Positions 61,348-64,000 of a DNA stretch of 64,000 bases are shown in pieces. The translations under genes were made by a program, and so were the position numbers. This stretch comes from an uncultured delta proteobacterium. GTDB taxonomy: Bacteria; Desulfobacterota; BSN033; UBA1163. The stretch's first letter is position 1, and every line of letters begins with the position of its first letter. The notes beneath the pieces were generated by a model. It searched no databases, was not told where the DNA came from, and worked only from the letters and a program-made list of their open reading frames with translations. The stretch spans positions 320,001 to 384,000 of the forward strand of contig CAVPSJ010000004.1 in assembly GCA_963708295.1 (NCBI GenBank), given 5' to 3'.

Positions 61348-64000
61348 CTATGTTGGGCTGCCAGCTGCTCGATCTAATTGTTTCTTCAATCCAAAGTTCC
61401 ATTTCCAGATGGCGTAGATGGCAGGATAAACACATAATTCCATAATGAACGATGTGAAGATTCCGCCGATCATCGGCGCGGCAATACGCTTCATGGTATC
61501 GGCGCCGCTGCCCACTGACCACATGATCGGAACGAGACCCATGAACATCACACCCACGGTCATCACCTTAGGCCGAAGTCGCTTCACCGCACCTTCGACA
61601 ATCGCCTCCCGGAGATCATTCCAATTCCTCATCTTCCCTTTCGCTCGGGCCTCGTCGAAGGCGAGATCAAGGTAGAGGAGCATGAACATTCCGGTTTCTG
61701 CATCGACACCCATTAAAGCGATCAGACCCACCCAGACGGCAATACTCGTGTTGTATCCGAGCCAATAGAGAAACCAGATCGCCCCGACGGCTGAGAAGGG
61801 AACAGCCAGGAAGATGATAATCGTTTTAGTGATCGACCGGGTATTGAAATAGAGAAGCAGAAAGATTAGGAAAATGGTGATAGGAACAACAACCATGAGA
61901 CGCTCATTGACGCGCTCCATCAACTCAAATTGGCCGCTCCAGATCAGTTCGTAGCCGGGTGGAACCTGTAAATTCGCTCTGACCACTTTTTTGGCATCTG
62001 CCACGTAGCTGCCAACATCGCGTTTCGAGGTGTCGAGATCAATCCTTACATAACCTGAAAGTCGCCCATTCTCGTCGCGGATCATACCAGGGCCTGTCTT
62101 CATAGAGATTTCAGCGATCTCTGTAATGGGCACATGGGCCACCCCTGGGCCGGCTGTTCCTCCTGCCCCTCCCATCCCACCGCTTATGCCTCCTGATGGA
62201 CTTGGACCACCCGGCCGGATAGGGACAAGAACCCTTCTGAGCTTTTCTATATCATCCCGAAGCCCCCTGAAATACCGAACATTGACCGGATACCGTTCTC
62301 GTGCCTTCGATCGTGGTCGTGACGTTTTCACCCCCTATCGCCGACATCACAATGCTGTTGGCTTGGTCGATGGTTAGACCATAGCGAGCCAGTTCCGGGC
62401 GTTTGAGCGTAAAGTCGAGGAAGTAGCCGCCGGCAGTCCGTTCAGCAAAAACACTTTTTGTACCCGGCACATCTTTCAATAACATCTCAATGTGCTCACC
62501 CAACTGCTGGATTTTCTCTAAATCCGCTCCCATAATTTTGATCCCAACCGCCGTTGGAATCCCTGTTGAAAGCATGTCAATGCGGGCTTTGATGGGATAC
62601 GTCCAGCTGTTGGTGACCCCTGGAAATCTCATCTTTTCGTCGAGACCCCCTGGACCATAAATCAATTCGTCGGGAGTCTTGCGATCTCGCCAGAACCTGC
62701 CAAGGATTTTCTTCAGCCATTCGGGCGCCCAAGAAGAATACCATCGAGCCTTGATTGGCCATTTCGATTCGGGCTTGAGAAGGATCACCGTTTCCATCAT
62801 CGAAAAGGGAGCTGGATCGGTCGCTGTTTCTGCGCGCCCCGCCTTCCCAAAAACAAGATCGACTTCGGGAAACGTCTTTAATACCTTATCCTGAACCTGG
62901 AGCAATTTTTGTGCTTCGGTGACAGAGATGCCGGGGAGTGTCATCGGCATGTAAAGCAAGTCACCCTCGAAGAGGGGAGGCATAAATTCCTTACCGAGCT
63001 TTTTATAGATTGGATAGGTGGCGATCACGATGAGCACCGCAATAATCACTGTGACCCATCTGAATTTGAGCACAAACTCGCAAACGGGATGGTAGACCTT
63101 CATCAACGGCCGGCTGATGGGATGGGTCTCTTCGCTGTGGATCTTCCCGACTAAGAAGGCATTGACGATCCGGCACAGGAAGTTGGGCTTAAACTTGTAA
63201 GGGTCCATATGGGTAAAGAGCAATCGGATCGCCGGGTCGAGCGTAATCGCCAGAACGGCAGCGATGGCCATGGAGAAATTCTTCGTAAAAGCCAGGGGCT
63301 TGAAGAGACGACCCTCCTGCCCTGCCAGGGTGAAGACTGGCATGAATGAGACGGCAATGACCAGAAGGGCAAAAAAGCTCGGTCCACCTACTTCTTTGAC
63401 TGCGTTGATCACCACATCTTTGTAACTGCCCGGTCTGCCGGCTGCGTCCCAGTGTTCCAGTTTCTTATGGGTTTGCTCGACGACGACAATGGCTGCATCA
63501 ACCATGGCGCCGATCGCAATAGCAATGCCGCCGAGGCTCATGATGTTGGCCGTCAGTCCCATCAAATACATCGGGACGAAGGCGATGATGATCGTAATCG
63601 GGATGGTGATAATGGGAACAAGGGCAGAGGGGATGTGCCAGAGGAAGATCATGATCACGATGCTGACAATTATGAGTTCTTCAAGCAGAGTATCTTTGAG
63701 TGTCTCAATCGCACGCTCGATCAACGAGGCGCGATCATAGGTGGTAACGATTTCGACCCCGGGAGGAAGCGATGTCTTCATCTCTTCAAGTTTTTCTCGG
63801 ACTCGTTCAATGACCTTGAGCGCGTTCTCTCCAAAACGCATGATGACGATGCCACCAACAACCTCCCCTTCTCCATTGAGGTCAGCAACCCCCCGCCTGA
63901 TGTCAGGGCCCAACCCAACCATTCCGAGGTCCTTCACGAGTATCGGAGTACCGCCCGTTCGACTGGTGCCCACGACGATGTTTTCGACATCGGAAACCTT
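61348..64000 (-). CDS. cusA: CusA/CzcA heavy-metal RND efflux pump, 5'-partial, frameshift near 62305
   Basis: ANIMSLGGIAIAIGAMVDAA, EGRLFKPLAFTK, GKAGRAETATDPAP, RIDMLSTG, RLRPKVMT. Confidence 0.94.

Overview
This is chromosomal DNA of an anaerobic bacterium; gene content suggests Deltaproteobacteria/Desulfobacterota (inference). Core loci: ccsA-hemA-hemC-hemD, tRNA-Leu-tig-clpP-clpX-tRNA-Val, argG-argH, metY-metX-metW followed by two radical-SAM genes, selenocysteine-containing selD, cysK, and a copper cluster (cusA, copA). Accessory content: the start of an IS110 element with a structured left end, a c-di-GMP-I riboswitch, two DMSO-reductase-superfamily Mo/W enzymes, an MtrA/MtrB-type decaheme-porin pair, and many REP/MITE-like palindromes. 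The most notable unannotated signal is two complete leader-peptide attenuators, both too short for the ORF track. (1) A Met/Cys-rich leader (..SMMMCCMSMCRHLDRGGAPM*) with antiterminator and terminator precedes metY-metX-metW. (2) A Tyr/Phe-rich leader (..NFYYRYYFFVRGLP*) with an antiterminator and two relay-coupled terminators precedes an acetylene-hydratase-family molybdoenzyme operon, not a biosynthetic operon. Many single-base frameshifts at 38-42 kb and 59-62 kb are probably assembly errors.
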